Shown here in pieces: positions 24,001 to 36,478 of a DNA stretch of 64,000 nucleotides (position 1 is its first letter; the number at the start of each line of letters is the position of its first letter). The stretch covers positions 10,433,042 to 10,497,041 of the forward strand of contig CM119265.1 of the NCBI GenBank assembly GCA_051294375.1, read 5' to 3'. Below the pieces are notes generated by a model that saw only the letters and a list, made by a program, of their open reading frames with translations, was not told the DNA's origin and did no database searches. The translations under genes were made by a program, and so were the position numbers. The DNA is from Paraspadella gotoi. Its lineage: Eukaryota > Animalia > Chaetognatha.

Positions 24001-27000
24001 AGAAGGCGCGAATTTTGTGAGCGGAAACATGTCTGCATCTTATTAAAGAAAATCGTTGTACAAAATTAAAAACCTATCTGATTATTATTTAAAAACTTAC
24101 TCCTCAGGATTACATAATGTAAATGTAAATAATGTAAATACCTTTGGCCAAAGTGAAAGTTTGCTCCGCGTTTGGCCGTTTCTCTTTTTTAACCGAAGCG
24201 ACGACGGCGGCGAGGTCGAAAAGATGTCGACTAAGAGCAGCTTCTGTCTTTTCCCCTCGCCACGACTCCAATTTAATCATCTCAATGGCAATCCAAGTTT
24301 TATCCGAATCTGCAAGGATTGAAATCATAATCAAAACGTAAGGAGCTTATAAAATCAAATAGGAAACTTTTATCGGTAGCTTTTCTAAAGTTTTAAAGTC
24401 GCTCACCCTCCAACTTTTCCTCGGCCTCCATCGCCCGCAAAGCGTTGATCTGCGCTTGCGTCGTGTCCTCGGTCGTCACTTCCCGCAAGACCGTCAGTTC
24501 CCGAACCAGAAGCTCAAACCTGGGCCGAAGGAGTGGCGTCGATTGCGCCGCCGCGAAGAATCTTTCGCACAGCGACGTGCAGGGCGACATGCGAGACCCG
24601 AAGGAAACCGCCTTGGCGAAAGCCTTGTCGAAAATTTCTGTATCGGTCACGAGAAGCAGTCCGTGGCAGAGTGACTCGAAACAGCCTGCGTTATCGCCGA
24701 TGTTGAAAAGGGAGCGGGCATGAAATTCACGGGTGGGCCAGATGCGAGTTTCTAGTTGCTTTTTGGTTGCGGAAGAGAAGAAAGCGTTGGTCAAGTAGAA
24801 CTCCTAGAAAAATTTGAAACGTGATTTCAGATGGTCAACGATTGCCATAATGTTTTTCTCGAAAACCGCGCCCACCTCGGCCATGCGATACCAGAAGAGA
24901 GCCTCTTGGAATTCATTAGATGTGTATTCAAAGTTGGCCCGTTTTTGGCAATTGACACCCAAGTTGTCCCAATGCAGCATCGGCGTCAGCTGGTCCTTGG
25001 CCTCGTGGGATGCTTGCCAGAGTCTTGCCTCCTTAAGTTTATTTCTGAGTAAAAATAATGAAAAAGTCGTTGTTTTTTCTGTCAGCACCGAAAATCAAAA
25101 GCCTTAAATTGGTAATTATACTAACTTTAAATCCCCTTCGTTTTTGGAGACCATTAAAAGGCACTTGAATGAGAACTCGAGGGCGGAGGTCGATGCTCGC
25201 GCCATTCGCCCGCTGGAGGCGCAAAAAGGGATGCAGCAAGATCGAAAGGCGGCTTCGAGGACGGCGGAGTTGTCGATGGCACTCGATTCAGACTCGGACA
25301 AGACGACAGTCACGCAGCGGAAAGCGTAAAGCTGAATTTCTAGCAGAAGGGGGTCTGCACTTTCCCTGGCCTGCTCCTGCGGACAGAGCCTAGAACTCTT
25401 ACGATCCCCAGTGGCCCATCGCGCCAGAGCTACGGCTGACCGAAGAATGGGCTCCTCGTCGAAAATGGCTGCAATATCGGCGATGATCGTGAGGGAGCGT
25501 TCGAAAGAGACGAAGTTAGACGCGGGAGGCGGAGAGGAGAGCCTCTCGATGATGTGCTGGAGAGTAATCGAAAAGGCGACCAGGTTGAGTGATCGGACAA
25601 ACTGGTCGATCTCGTCGTTGACTCCGCCGACGAGAGAATCGGCCACTTGAAGGAGCTCGTCCACGGTAGAGTCAAAGAAGTCGTCGCCCAGGGAGGGTGT
25701 CGAAGAGGAGAGGGGTCTGATAAAGTTTTAATAAAATAATTCATTGTATTATATAAACATGTTTATCAAAAATAAATCGTTGTTGAAACAAATTTTCAAA
25801 CTTTTTCTAAATAAATAATTCATTATTTTTATCATTAAAGCGGTAAATTAGCCAACTCACCCATTTCGAAACGAGGTGTGTCTGATGTTAAGTCGATCGC
25901 TGATGTCGTCCAAAGTCTTTCTCCCGTAGACCATAATTTGTAGAGCGAGAACGGTTAAGGTTGCCCAAGAGGGATCCGCAGGCGATGACTGAATACATAA
26001 AAAATATTTTTTTAACTGATCCTCATCCTAATCCAAATCTTCTTATCAAAGGTCAATGAGTGGCAATAGAGAGAAAAGAAGTTTGAGCAAACAATGCCGG
26101 ATCTGCCCACGATCATTAACGGTAATTAATTAGTTAATTACCATGATGGGAAAAAAATTGTCGCGGTTTGGAAAAGTCGGTTAATTTCATTATGAAATTG
26201 TACAACCAATATAAAAATTATCCATTCATTTAATAAATAAGCTATCTTGCCCCTGACTTTGGACAGGCTTTGGTGGTTTAAGGCCTCCATCACTCTTACA
26301 AGATAATGACATAGCAGGTCCCTGCAAGCTTTCAATCAAGTCTCTCTCACAGTCTGTTTATTCACTCCCAGAGTACCTGGCTTCCCTATCAATGAAGTGG
26401 AAAATATTTCAAAGAATGTTCAATTGTATGAAAAGACCACTCCCTTAAGTATTAGATCGGGGAATACTTATTGTACTCCGCACTAGCATCAAAATACAAG
26501 GAGCTGAATTTTATGAAATTGGTACAACCAATATAAAAATTATCCATTCATTTAATAAATAAGCTATCTTGCCCCTGACTTTGTACAGGCTTTGGTGGTT
26601 TAAGGCCTCCATCACTCTTACAAGATAATGACATAGCAGGTCCCTGCATATGTAAAATATATTTTTTGGACAATAAAAAAGTTTTAATATGTAATATGAC
26701 CTCCCTATGACTGAATAAAAATATTATTTCTCAACAGCATAAAATTATTTATTGCATACAATTACTTCCAAAAGAGGTTGTCTCTAACTGTTTTCACCTC
26801 TTTTTGATCAAGAGGACTCTCATATTATTATTGAATATTATATCTCTGACATAATATTTTTTATCAAATTTTGGGCAATAAAATGCTCTTTGGAAAGCAG
26901 TGAAAAGGATTGAGTAAACCAGGCTTCAGTTGTTGCTGCTTAATGTAATGATGCATTGTCTTTCCCTTCAACAAAATCTTAGATTTTTTTTTTTGACTTA

Positions 27001-29447
27001 ATACTTCGTTCTGATAATACATTCAGAGGTAAATAAAAATAATAACTTTGTTTTTTTAATACTTTACATTATAAAAAAATATTCTGAAACATTGACAGCA
27101 TCAATATATTTTTAATATCGCTTTTTTTTACATATGAATTAAGATTCATTCCTGAATCTATCCTAATGGAGATGATGCAATAATCATTTGATATGAGACT
27201 GATAAAAGGCAGGGATTTTTAATAGTAACGGTTTAACTAAAAAAATAATAAAAACCGGAAATTAATATAAATGAAAAGTGTAGATATGAAAAAGATAAAA
27301 AAGAAGGAAACATTTTTTTGGACAACTCATTTTCTTTTGCATGGAACTCTTGTATTTTTTGTCATACATAAATAAGATAGAGCTCATATGAATCACAAGA
27401 GGCCAAAGTTTCTTGATATCTAAATTTTATTTTTCGATTCTTACATTAAAATGCCAAAAAATAGCTGGAAAGTAACTGCGACAATTTTTTTCCATCATGG
27501 TACACATTAATTATCAGCATAAACTAATTTATTAAAAGAAAGATCAAATACAATATAAAAAGAAAAAAACAATCAATTAAACTCATTTCCACTCAGACGA
27601 TTCCATCAAAACTTGATTTCCAGCTTAATCACACACTTTCCTACCCACATACAAAATTTCAAGTCAATCACCCCATTGGCATTCAAATAGTAAAATATAT
27701 TTTTTTGTTTTTTTCCATTTCAACTCATTTCCACTCGCACGATTCCATCGAAACTTCATATTCAGCTTAATCACACACTTCCCTACCCACACACAAAATT
27801 TCATTCCAATCCATCAATCCAACCACGAGCAATTGCAGTTTTTTGCTAAGGTGGGACGGACGGACGGAAGGACCGACATCGTTTTTTTTGCATAATTTAT
27901 CATAATTCAATTTTCTGACATGATATAAGTGAATGCCTGACAAGATTGAGGGGGCGGACCGACAAAGTGAATTATAGAGTCGGGATCTGCTGATAAGCAG
28001 ATCCGACTAAAAAGGTAGAGAGAAGCAAGACAGCCGCTGGACAGCCGCTGCAGAGCTTAACTTGTATTTAGACGAATCAGAAGCAGCGACGGAGAGAGAG
28101 AGAGCGACATATATTTAAAAGAGAGAGAGAGTTGGACAGCCGCTGGACAACCGCTGCAGAGCTGAACTCGTCTATATATATAAAAATTGTATTGTAAATG
28201 AAACAAACAAATGAGTGGCAGAATATGAAACATAACAATTTAAAAGACCTCAATGATGAGAAGCCATATCTAAATTCTTAGCTTCCTATGGTTACACACT
28301 TGAGCTATTTTCAACGTTAAAACAGCGTGACGATGACTACAACGACAATGACGGCACGAAGCAATACTAAATGGTTATCTACGCCCAAGACAAGCTTAAG
28401 CCCGTCTGACGAGAAAAAATGAAACGGGTTTTTTTTTTCATTTAAACTCATTTCCACTCGGACGATTCCATCGAAACGATTTCCTGCTTAATAACACACT
28501 TCTCTAGACACACAAAATTTCAAGTCAATCGCCCCATACATTCATGACTAATATGCGTTCAAAGCTAAGGGTGGACGAACGGACGGACTGCATAATTTAT
28601 TATAATTCGATGTTCTGAAATGATATAAGTGATTTACCGACAAGATTAGGGGGGCGACCGACAGACCGGCAAAGTGAATTATAGAGCCAGAATCAGCTGA
28701 TAATCAGATTCGGCTAAAAATCGAACCTTGAGTAGACCGAGTCCCTTGTTGTAAGTCACCGAAAAAATGTGGTCAGTAAAATTAGCGATTTTGGCGAGGG
28801 ACTCGGGAGTGACCGTGTCGGACTGAAAGTGGCGTCGGATGAATGAGCGTACAAAAAAGCTGAGATCGACAAGGATGTCGAGATTTTTGGGGGCGAGGAC
28901 GACTGCAGATGGGCAGGGGTGGAGGGGTGGAGGTGAGGAGAAGAGAAATAGGGATAAAATCAATTGTTCAGACAGAAATGAACCAAAAATAACCGCGTTT
29001 CAACTTACCGGCCGTTCTGAGCAAAGTGAGCAAATTGGTTTCGAGATGCACAGAATCTTTCATGGTTCCGTCTGTGCGGCAATGAAGGACGGCCTTCGCA
29101 AGCTTTTTGGTCATGGGAACGAGACGCAGCGCGGAATCACGAGGAAAGTTCTCCATGTCGAGTTTTTTAATTTGTTGGAGGACCTAGTAAAAAGAGCATT
29201 AAGTTAGAAAGGGTAAGTGAAAAAAAGTTAGGATTCGCTGAGTTTCTGAGAAAGACACCTTGAGGAAGTCGATGTGAAGCTCGTTGACCATCCTCACATG
29301 ACTGACCCCCTGAGCCTTGGCGTTCTTTCGCACTTGGTACTCGTAGTCGTCGAGAGCATGGGCGGCGCTTTTTAGATCGAAGGCGTCGACCTGAGTGAAG
29401 ACATTCTTCTCCAGTAAAGTCGCCATCTCCGGCCAAAGGGTGGACAT
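13884..29447 (-). CDS. ESPL1: Separase (separin, peptidase C50), multi-exon
   Basis: Catalytic YMYCGHGSG and LIGCSSG, ALWEITDRDID, TYGIP terminus, VLDGHLQVMPVE...TRLPS, HDDGCVCSHC motif; N-terminal HLETNLLTLLRTA resembles vertebrate YLERILFVLLRNA; exons checked join in phase. Confidence 0.93.
14720..15457 (+). mobile_element. Helentron/DINE-1-like non-autonomous element (family B) with an internal 23-bp minisatellite and GA microsatellite
   Basis: Shared 5' end aaaaaatcttaaaagtatag and core ctcaatgatgagaagccatatctaaat; relatives at 415-488, 10084-10722, 28013-28420, 36983-37816 and 54576-55196. Confidence 0.65.
15757..16597 (+). mobile_element. tRNA-headed SINE-like element split by an insertion of about 580 bp
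   Basis: 15757-15923 and 16510-16597 together match the contiguous reverse-strand copy at 53203-53470; A-box and B-box-like motifs. Confidence 0.7.
16607..16838. mobile_element. MITE with 24-bp perfect inverted ends including the flanking TA
   Basis: tagcggtagccgaccaaattcaaa ... tttgaatttggtcggctaccgcta. Confidence 0.8.
21203..21805. mobile_element. TA-flanked MITE (family G) splitting a copy of the 325-bp repeat (20970-21830)
   Basis: TIR tact(a/t)tctaggaaaaaagtatat; same TIR at 57094 and 58726; the 325-bp repeat resumes after 21805. Confidence 0.7.
23918..24073. repeat. Short foldback/MITE with inverted arms of about 45 bp
   Basis: gtttttaattttgtacaacgattttatttaataagatgcagacat mirrored by atgtctgcatcttattaaagaaaatcgttgtacaaaattaaaaac. 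Confidence 0.85.
26078..28012 (+). mobile_element. HINE/DINE-1-like element (family C) interrupted by MITE D (26141-27500), which itself contains about 1.4 copies of the 325-bp repeat (26190-26648)
   Basis: 5' subterminal (g)ccggatctgc pairs with the 3' hairpin gtcgggatctgctgataagcagatccgac; (GGAC)n microsatellite; relatives at 28440-28720, 47428-47870 and 55280-55400. Confidence 0.7.
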
Positions 29448-30053
29448 CTTTGGTCCAAACGGTTATGGAGCGAAAGAGGAGTTTCTATGTACTAATCTAA
29501 GGGGCAAGTCGATTCGGCAGGAGCAGAGAACGAAACGGAGTCGAATGAAGAATATCAATGCGAAGAGGGAAGCGTGAGTTTCTCAAGAGTTTTTAATTTT
29601 GTAAATTTTTTTTAATAAAAATTGAATAATGTATATATAAAATTATTTAATGCTTGGTATAAACTATTATCGAAATAACTTTTCACGCCTGTAAATTAAA
29701 AAAATGGCTTTAACAGGAAACACCAACAAAGCATGAAACATCAATTCTTTAAGATGAAGTAAACGATGTAATATAGAATCCCAATAATCAATATTAATCA
29801 TAGAAAGCGCCCTGAGTCACAAACCAGAGGAGGATTTAGCTTGCCGTCCCATTCTCCTCTTCCTCTTCTTTCCTCCTGCCCCTCAGTATATTTTCTCTTA
29901 TTTTCGTCTTCTACAACTTCTACAAGCGATACATTCTCTAGTTTCTACTCTTCGCGAAATATATGTATCTGTATATGTATTATTTTCCCTCTATTTCCTC
30001 ACGCCTTCAATACCCCTCAAGCAAGCAAACAAAACAAAACTGGCAAACGAACG

Positions 30054-31576
30054 TCATAATTCTTTTCGCGAGACTCTCTCTCTCTCGACGATCGCCTTCA
30101 CCGCCTCGTAAAAATTATCTACGAGCAAATCGGGTCGGGTGAGCCCCGCGAATTTGGCGAAAAGCGGATGTTGATGTCGTGACTCTCGTCCTGGGTCATC
30201 TTTGCTCTCTTCAGGATCGAAGACTCCCGTCTTGACCAGAATCGAAACGCAATCCGAGGCCCCGCCGCCCGGAAGTCCTTCTCCCTCGGCCAAAGCGGCG
30301 CCGTAAACGTTGGCCCCGCAAACGTCTGTGTCGGGATTGTCGCCGATGCCGTAAAGAGTCCGCAAAGAGGAGGCGCCATCCGATCCAAAGAGTCGGCGGC
30401 ATTCGTCTCCTAAGACCGCCTCCGCGTGGCGATAAGTCAGCGGGCTCGGCTTACCCAGAAGCGCGTCGTAACGAAGGTGTCGGCCGGTCACCTTACAGTA
30501 GAGCGCCTCGAGGACGTAAAGAAAACTGCCGTGGCCGATACGCGGCAGAGGCGCCGTCGCCGCCCACAGCAAATCAGCGTTGCAGGCGAGAACGGGAATG
30601 TGGGGATAGGGAATGGCGGAGAGAGGGCCGGAAGGGTAACCGTTGGTCAGAAGGAGGTCGAGGATGATCTGGAGTGAGGTAGCAAACTTAGAATAGGACA
30701 GAAAACCTTCCCGGAACTCACGTAAAAAGAGAAAACCTGCAAATGGGTTTCCCATCTTATGGGGTCTCCCATGAGCACGACCGCCTCGACGGGAGGGAAG
30801 CGAGCCTCCAAGGAGGGATTGGACGAAGAGGCTGCGGCGCGTCGCTTGGCGTCAACGACATCGAGCAGCGGAAAAGCCTCACGAATCATTTCGATGGTGC
30901 AGATTTGGGAAAATCCTACGAGGACGTCGAAAAACGATCGATCGTGCTTGTCAGAATTAAAGCATTTTTACAACACCAACAAACGCCACAACTTGCCCAG
31001 TTTAAGAGCGATCTCTTCCAAAGGTCCCTGGCCGCAAACGAGTACATGCTTGTCGTGGTATGACTTCATACTCTTGAGAGGGCTGTGGGCAAGAATGACC
31101 TGGAATCCGATTTAGTCTGTAGTCGAGAGACGAAAAAAAATGTGGGCGAAATCGTCGTCGTCATCAACCTGGTTTTCGACGATCTCGATGCCGAGCAGAG
31201 AAGAGAGAGATTTGGCCTTTTGCGCGCGCAAAGCGTTTCCGCCGTTGGTAAGGAAAACCGTAGGAAGAAGAAACTCACCGTCCGTTCGAGTAAAGAAAAC
31301 AAATCAGTAATTTAAAGAAGGGCCAAAATTCTGATCAACGCGGCGAATTAAATTCAACCCGTTACCTCCGTCAGTGAGGAACTCGTGAAAGGCTTCGCGA
31401 CTGCCTTCGATCAGACGATTTCCGCGGACGATGACGCCGTCGATGTCCACGATGAGACCGCACTCTGCCGGGCGGCGTGCGGAGACCAAAGAGCGGCGCG
31501 GTGGGGCATCCGAGATTCGTTTTAAACGCCACGATTTACTGCACCGACTGAGGTAGACTGTCCGAGGAAGGTACAT
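30054..31576 (-). CDS. HDHD5: HAD-like hydrolase domain-containing 5 (CECR5)
   Basis: DIDGVIVRG, FLTNGGN, VILAHSPLK, ACNADLLW, LLGKPSPLTY, YGIGDNPDTDVCGAN; GC-AG intron at 30916-30996; first intron anomalous (see findings). Confidence 0.92.
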
Positions 31577-31720
31577 CTTCGAAAAAGACCCCAAAGTAAA
31601 AGCGATAGAGGTTTTATTAGCGAAAAGGAGGCGAGTGTCAATCACATTACTAATAATAAAATCACTCCGCGAGCTAAAATAATGCCCCAAGGGGAAGGAA
31701 GGAAAGTCTAAAAGTTAATT

Positions 31721-32971
31721 TCAGGGAACCCACTCGCTTTTGGTGGGATCCCACGTGCAAGACCAGGTCGGCAAAGAATCTAGAAACTTCATGTCATCGT
31801 CTTCCATTCGCCAATCGAATACGGCGCAATTTTCTGCGATGCGCGACACCTTGGTTGTTTTGGGAATCGTAATGAATCCTGGAGAAAACAAAGCGTCACA
31901 CAAAACAGCGGATCCGTCGGGTCCACGCAACGATGCTAACAAATAACCTGACTGCACGCTCCATCGGATCAGAATCTGACCGGGCGTCTTTTTGTACTTT
32001 TCGGCCAGCTTTAAGATGGCGGGATCATCGACTCGTTGACCTGCAAAAACCTCGTAACGGCCAGAATTCGTTGATCATAAAAATCGTTAAGCCGATCAGC
32101 ACCTTTGGTCAAGGGAGAATAACCCATGACGGTAATATCGTGGGAGCGACAGTATTCCACGATATCTTCCTTTCGTTGCCATGGATGAAGCTCGATCTGA
32201 TTGACCTGTCCAAAAATGGAATTCAGTCATCTCATTAACTTTGTCAAGGAAGTGAGAAAAAGCAACAATCACGCACTGAAGGTGTCGGTCGGCCAGCCGC
32301 TTTGAGACCTTCTAAATGATGGACTCCGAAATTGGAAACGCCCACGGATTTGATAAGACCCTTTTTAAAGAGACGCGATCATAAATTTTTAAGAGTACGC
32401 TCTTTCGGTAATTTCTATCGACGAAGATTCATAAGTAGTAAGAAGGGACCTTACTTCCTTTTTCAATCCCAACATCGCGTCGTACGATTCAACGACCTTT
32501 CCATGCAAAGGATGATGAATGAGAAATAGATCGACGTATCTATGACAGGAAAACAAAGCCGTGATTCTGAGAAATATTGTAAATATTTATAAATAATTTA
32601 GGCGAGAACCCTATGTCGAGCTTCTTCAAACTTTGGCGGAAATGGTTCAAGCAGGTGTCGTAACCGTGTTCCCACAACTTGGTAACGATGAAGATGTCTT
32701 CCCTTGCCACACCGGACGACTTGATGGCGTGACCGACGTCGGCCTCGTTTCCGTAAAACTCGGCCGTATCGATGAGTTTGTAGCCTCCCTTTAAGGCCTC
32801 CTTGGCGGCGATCTCCGCCTCTCCCCCCGACCCGGATTTGGAGAGGTACATCCCGAGACCGAAGAGAGGAATGTCGACGCCGTCGTTGAGTCGGACCGTG
32901 TCCGTCATGCTCGAGGCTACGCGGATCGGACTCATCGCTTTTTTTAACATCGATTTCGAGGAAAGAAACAT
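31721..32971 (-). CDS. Aldo-keto reductase (AKR5/2,5-DKG reductase/prostaglandin F synthase-like); start codon uncertain
   Basis: LNDGVDIPLFGLG, IDTAEFYGNE, IVTKLW, YVDLFLIHHP, VGVSNF, QIELHP, IPKT...RIAEN; Asp/Tyr/Lys/His tetrad present. Confidence 0.9.
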
Positions 32972-33506
32972 AGAAATTTCTTTGCCGATAAAATAGATAA
33001 ATCGTTAGCATTTCATGATTAATCAATAAACATTAGATAACAAATGACATCATGCGAAAATGGGCCACTATGACAGGAAAGGTGTGCTAAGATCCATAAT
33101 GAAATGGAGTCTGTTGAAAGTATTCGACAGGAGTATTATTTTCTTTAAAAAACGTTTTCAGAATCCCAATTCGAGGTTTTATTGAGTAAACTAAGAGAGG
33201 AAAAATTTCCATTTCAATATCGAATATCGAAACAGTTTTTAACGTGAAAATGAAAGAACCAAAACAGAAGAGATGGGGACAACTAAGTCTGCCTCAACGA
33301 AAAAAATAAACCCATTTCAGGGATTCAATGAACAAAGGGACGTTTCGAAGAACCAATGTTAAATATAACCTTTCGTGTAAACAAAATATATCGATCAAAC
33401 GTAAAGCGGCTTTTTTTATTTTTTTTTGTTTTTGTTTTTGTTTTTTTTGTTTAAGTCATTCACAAAATATATAATAGTGTTATCACAGATAATGCGAAGA
33501 AAGCAG

Positions 33507-36222
33507 TCAGGTGGTTTTGCGCCAGGACGCCCGCAGCTCCAAAATCTCCATGAGAACGTCCAAGAGATTGTCATCCGTCAAATTGGGATCACCGAATCTG
33601 AAGTTTGCGAAACGGTGGGAAAGGGGATGGGAGGCAAATTTTAAAGGAACTTGGAGATTTCTTATCACAACATCGAAACTCACTTGTCCCGGAGGACATT
33701 GGTGAAGTCTTCCATGTTCTTATTGTCGAGAACGCAGAGGTGGCTGCCGGCCTTGGAGAAAATGTTCCGGATGAGATTAAGTTGCATCCGGACACGTTCC
33801 AGGTTCGTCTTCTTCGGATTCCATTCGGTCAGTTCGCGGAGAGCTTGCCTAAAGATCGCAATGGAGAGTGAATAATTCTAGTCTATATCCAGCTTTGAAC
33901 GACTATATTGGGGCGGTCTGGGGCGGGGCTAAGGTTATAAATTATATATTATTATTACTGCATTACATATCATTGCCCCTTCAGTAATAGGCCACATAAC
34001 GAAACAGAATGGAACTAGGAATAATTTTCTACTATATGCAAATGAGATTGATGAACTCTTAAGAAAAAATAATATACTAAGAAAACATCCGCTACAACTC
34101 CCCCCCCAATAAGCTCACCAAACTTGGGAAGTTAGCATGCTCGGCACGGATGTGACTAAGACTGGCGAAGCGGCGTTGAACTGGAAGAAATGAAGGATGC
34201 AGGAAAGAAAACTAAACCACTTATCCCATCCGTGGTCCATCTTCTTGAAGGCCTCCTTCTCACCGAGAATCTCTTGCATGTACGCCATTACTGACCTAAA
34301 TCATCAAAAAACGCCATAAGCTATTTAATAAAAACTATAAATTATATTTATATTACATAGGTTTAAAATGAACCTAAGAGCAAAGGGCGGATCTGGTTCT
34401 CCCCACGTTTTTCTAATTTCGCGCGCCTTCGATTCTTCTCTTTCGCTGATGTGGGCCAAGATTCGGGCCGCTTTCACCGAGTAACTGCGACATTTAACTT
34501 TTAAATTAAATAAAATTGGTACAACCAATATAATAATTATTCATTGATTCAAAAAATAAGCCATCTTGCCGCCGACTTTGAACAGGCTATGGTGGATTAA
34601 GTCCTGCTTACTTTTTCCGCCAAATTTCAGCAAATAATCTTCCTTGACAAAAACTCACGCCGCCTGGCCGGTCCAGTCCTCGATAGCCCGATTGAGAATG
34701 GTCTGAGCGACTTTCTCGAGGTCGCGCTTTGGCAGCGGCGACTCGCCCACGATGGCCGCCCGAAGCAGGTCGTGGACGTCGGGAATGTAGTTGGGGAGAT
34801 CCGCCTGGACGAGCAGTTCGTCGGAGAAGGAGGAGGAAGACGTCACCATCGCGACAACGGAGAATTTTTGGACGAATGAGAGAGTCGGCGATGGCGCTTC
34901 ACCCGGTCGAAGCGGAGAAAAAAGCCTCGTCCCGGAACATTGAACTGTGCAATCGAAGGGTTTAGTTGTGTCTGGCTTTTTTTTTTTTGAAAAAAAAAAT
35001 TGCTAGTTTTCTGTGGACAAAAAGATGTGTATAAAATAAATGTATCAAAAAATAGCAGAAAGAAAGTACTATTGTAAACGAGTATCGATGTAAGTAGTAG
35101 ATTAAAGCACCGGTAAATTAAAAAAAGACAGGCCGACTTGACAGTGAGAGTAAGATGAATAAAAAGCGCTATTAATGCAAGCAATTTTCGAAAAATGTCA
35201 AGAAATATCAGAAAAAATATAAGTAACAACTAACATTGTTAGTAACAATCCGTTAAAAAATTCTCAAACAAAATAGCATGAGTTAAACTTAAAATTTCGA
35301 AGATGTCTTTCTCTGTCTCAAAAGAGAAATGGGTTTACGAAAAAAACAAAAGACGTGAGATTCAATTCTGTCAGAATTTCTGAGTGAAAGGTGGCTTGGT
35401 ATAAAAATCTTGTCATGGTAAAAGCAACTACTAATTTATTTGATTTCTAAAGCCTCAGGTCAATGACCTGGTGCAAAGTAAGGCTGTATTAAGGCAGCAC
35501 TATCTAGTAACAATGCGAGATCTATCTAGTAGATTAATAAGAAGTTAAAGAACGGCTTTTAAAGATCCAAAATCCTTGCAATTTTCATTGCTCGATTTTT
35601 TATCCTCTTCCATAATTCACAATTGCGCCATCAAATAACTGATGCCCTGATAAATCCTAGAAACGGACCGATCGATGGGACGCAACTCTTCCATGGGCAA
35701 TTGACTCTTGGGACTTTTCTTGTAGGCTATGATTGTGTCGAAGACTCGGCGCGTCGATCTTTTCCTTACCCACGTCTCCTCTTCCTCGGGTCCACCTGCG
35801 ATCCTCTCCAACTCCTCGTCAACTTGGGCTTCGAAGGCGTCAAAGCCTTCGTCCCTTTTCGCGACGACCCGCTCCAGCTCCGCCTTCAAATCCGCGGCTT
35901 CCTTTTCCCGCGCCGACAGCGCCTCCCGCAACTCTTCGGCGTCGCGGTTAGACTCTACCAGGCGGCGCTCGAAGTCGGCGAGATCGGCGCGCAAATTGGT
36001 CAGATTTTTTTCGGCGCGGCGCCGTTCTTCATCCTCGGCGTCGGAGCGGAGGCGAGAAGCGACGCCGAAGACGTAGTCGTCTTCCGCTGCGTCGATCCTC
36101 TCCAACTCGCTCGTTAACGCGTCGAAATAAAGATCCTCCTCGTCGACGGAAGCCACGACGCGTTCGAGGTGCTCGTGGAGAACCAAGAGGCTCTGTCTCA
36201 ACTTCCGCGCGTTCTGTGCCAT
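33507..36222 (-). CDS. Coiled-coil plus C-terminal MIF4G-like domain protein (CTIF/MIF4GD-like), about 6 exons
   Basis: Exons join in phase; LEKVAQTILNRAIED, YSVKAARILAHI and the terminal VLMEILELRASW resemble MIF4G helices of CTIF/SLIP1. Confidence 0.65.
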
Positions 36223-36478
36223 CGTTGCGTGATTTCTATGTCTTTTCTCTAAGTTTCCAGCATTTTATTTTTAAACAAAACCAAAAAAACTTCATAGAAA
36301 ACCGACATCCAATAAATAAAATCACAAGACTTTTGGTAATAGTGATTTATTATAAAAAAAATATATATTTGCCAAATATCACAGGTCTACGTATAAAAAA
36401 TTAAAATCATCCAAAGGTACTAAAAACACGATTTGGCTTTCCTTTTTCTAGGGATTGTTCGTACTAAAAATTGTTCGT

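Noticed and set aside
28720-29447. A separate gene upstream of separase
   Set aside because: It splices in frame into the separase exons and resembles the separase N-terminus
31304-31306. Selenocysteine or readthrough at the in-frame TGA in HDHD5
   Set aside because: It would add a non-conserved 28-aa insert; the segment has donor, branch and pyrimidine features of an intron
31721-32971. Recent horizontal transfer of a bacterial-type AKR
   Set aside because: It has several spliceosomal introns and host-like composition; no evidence without a phylogeny
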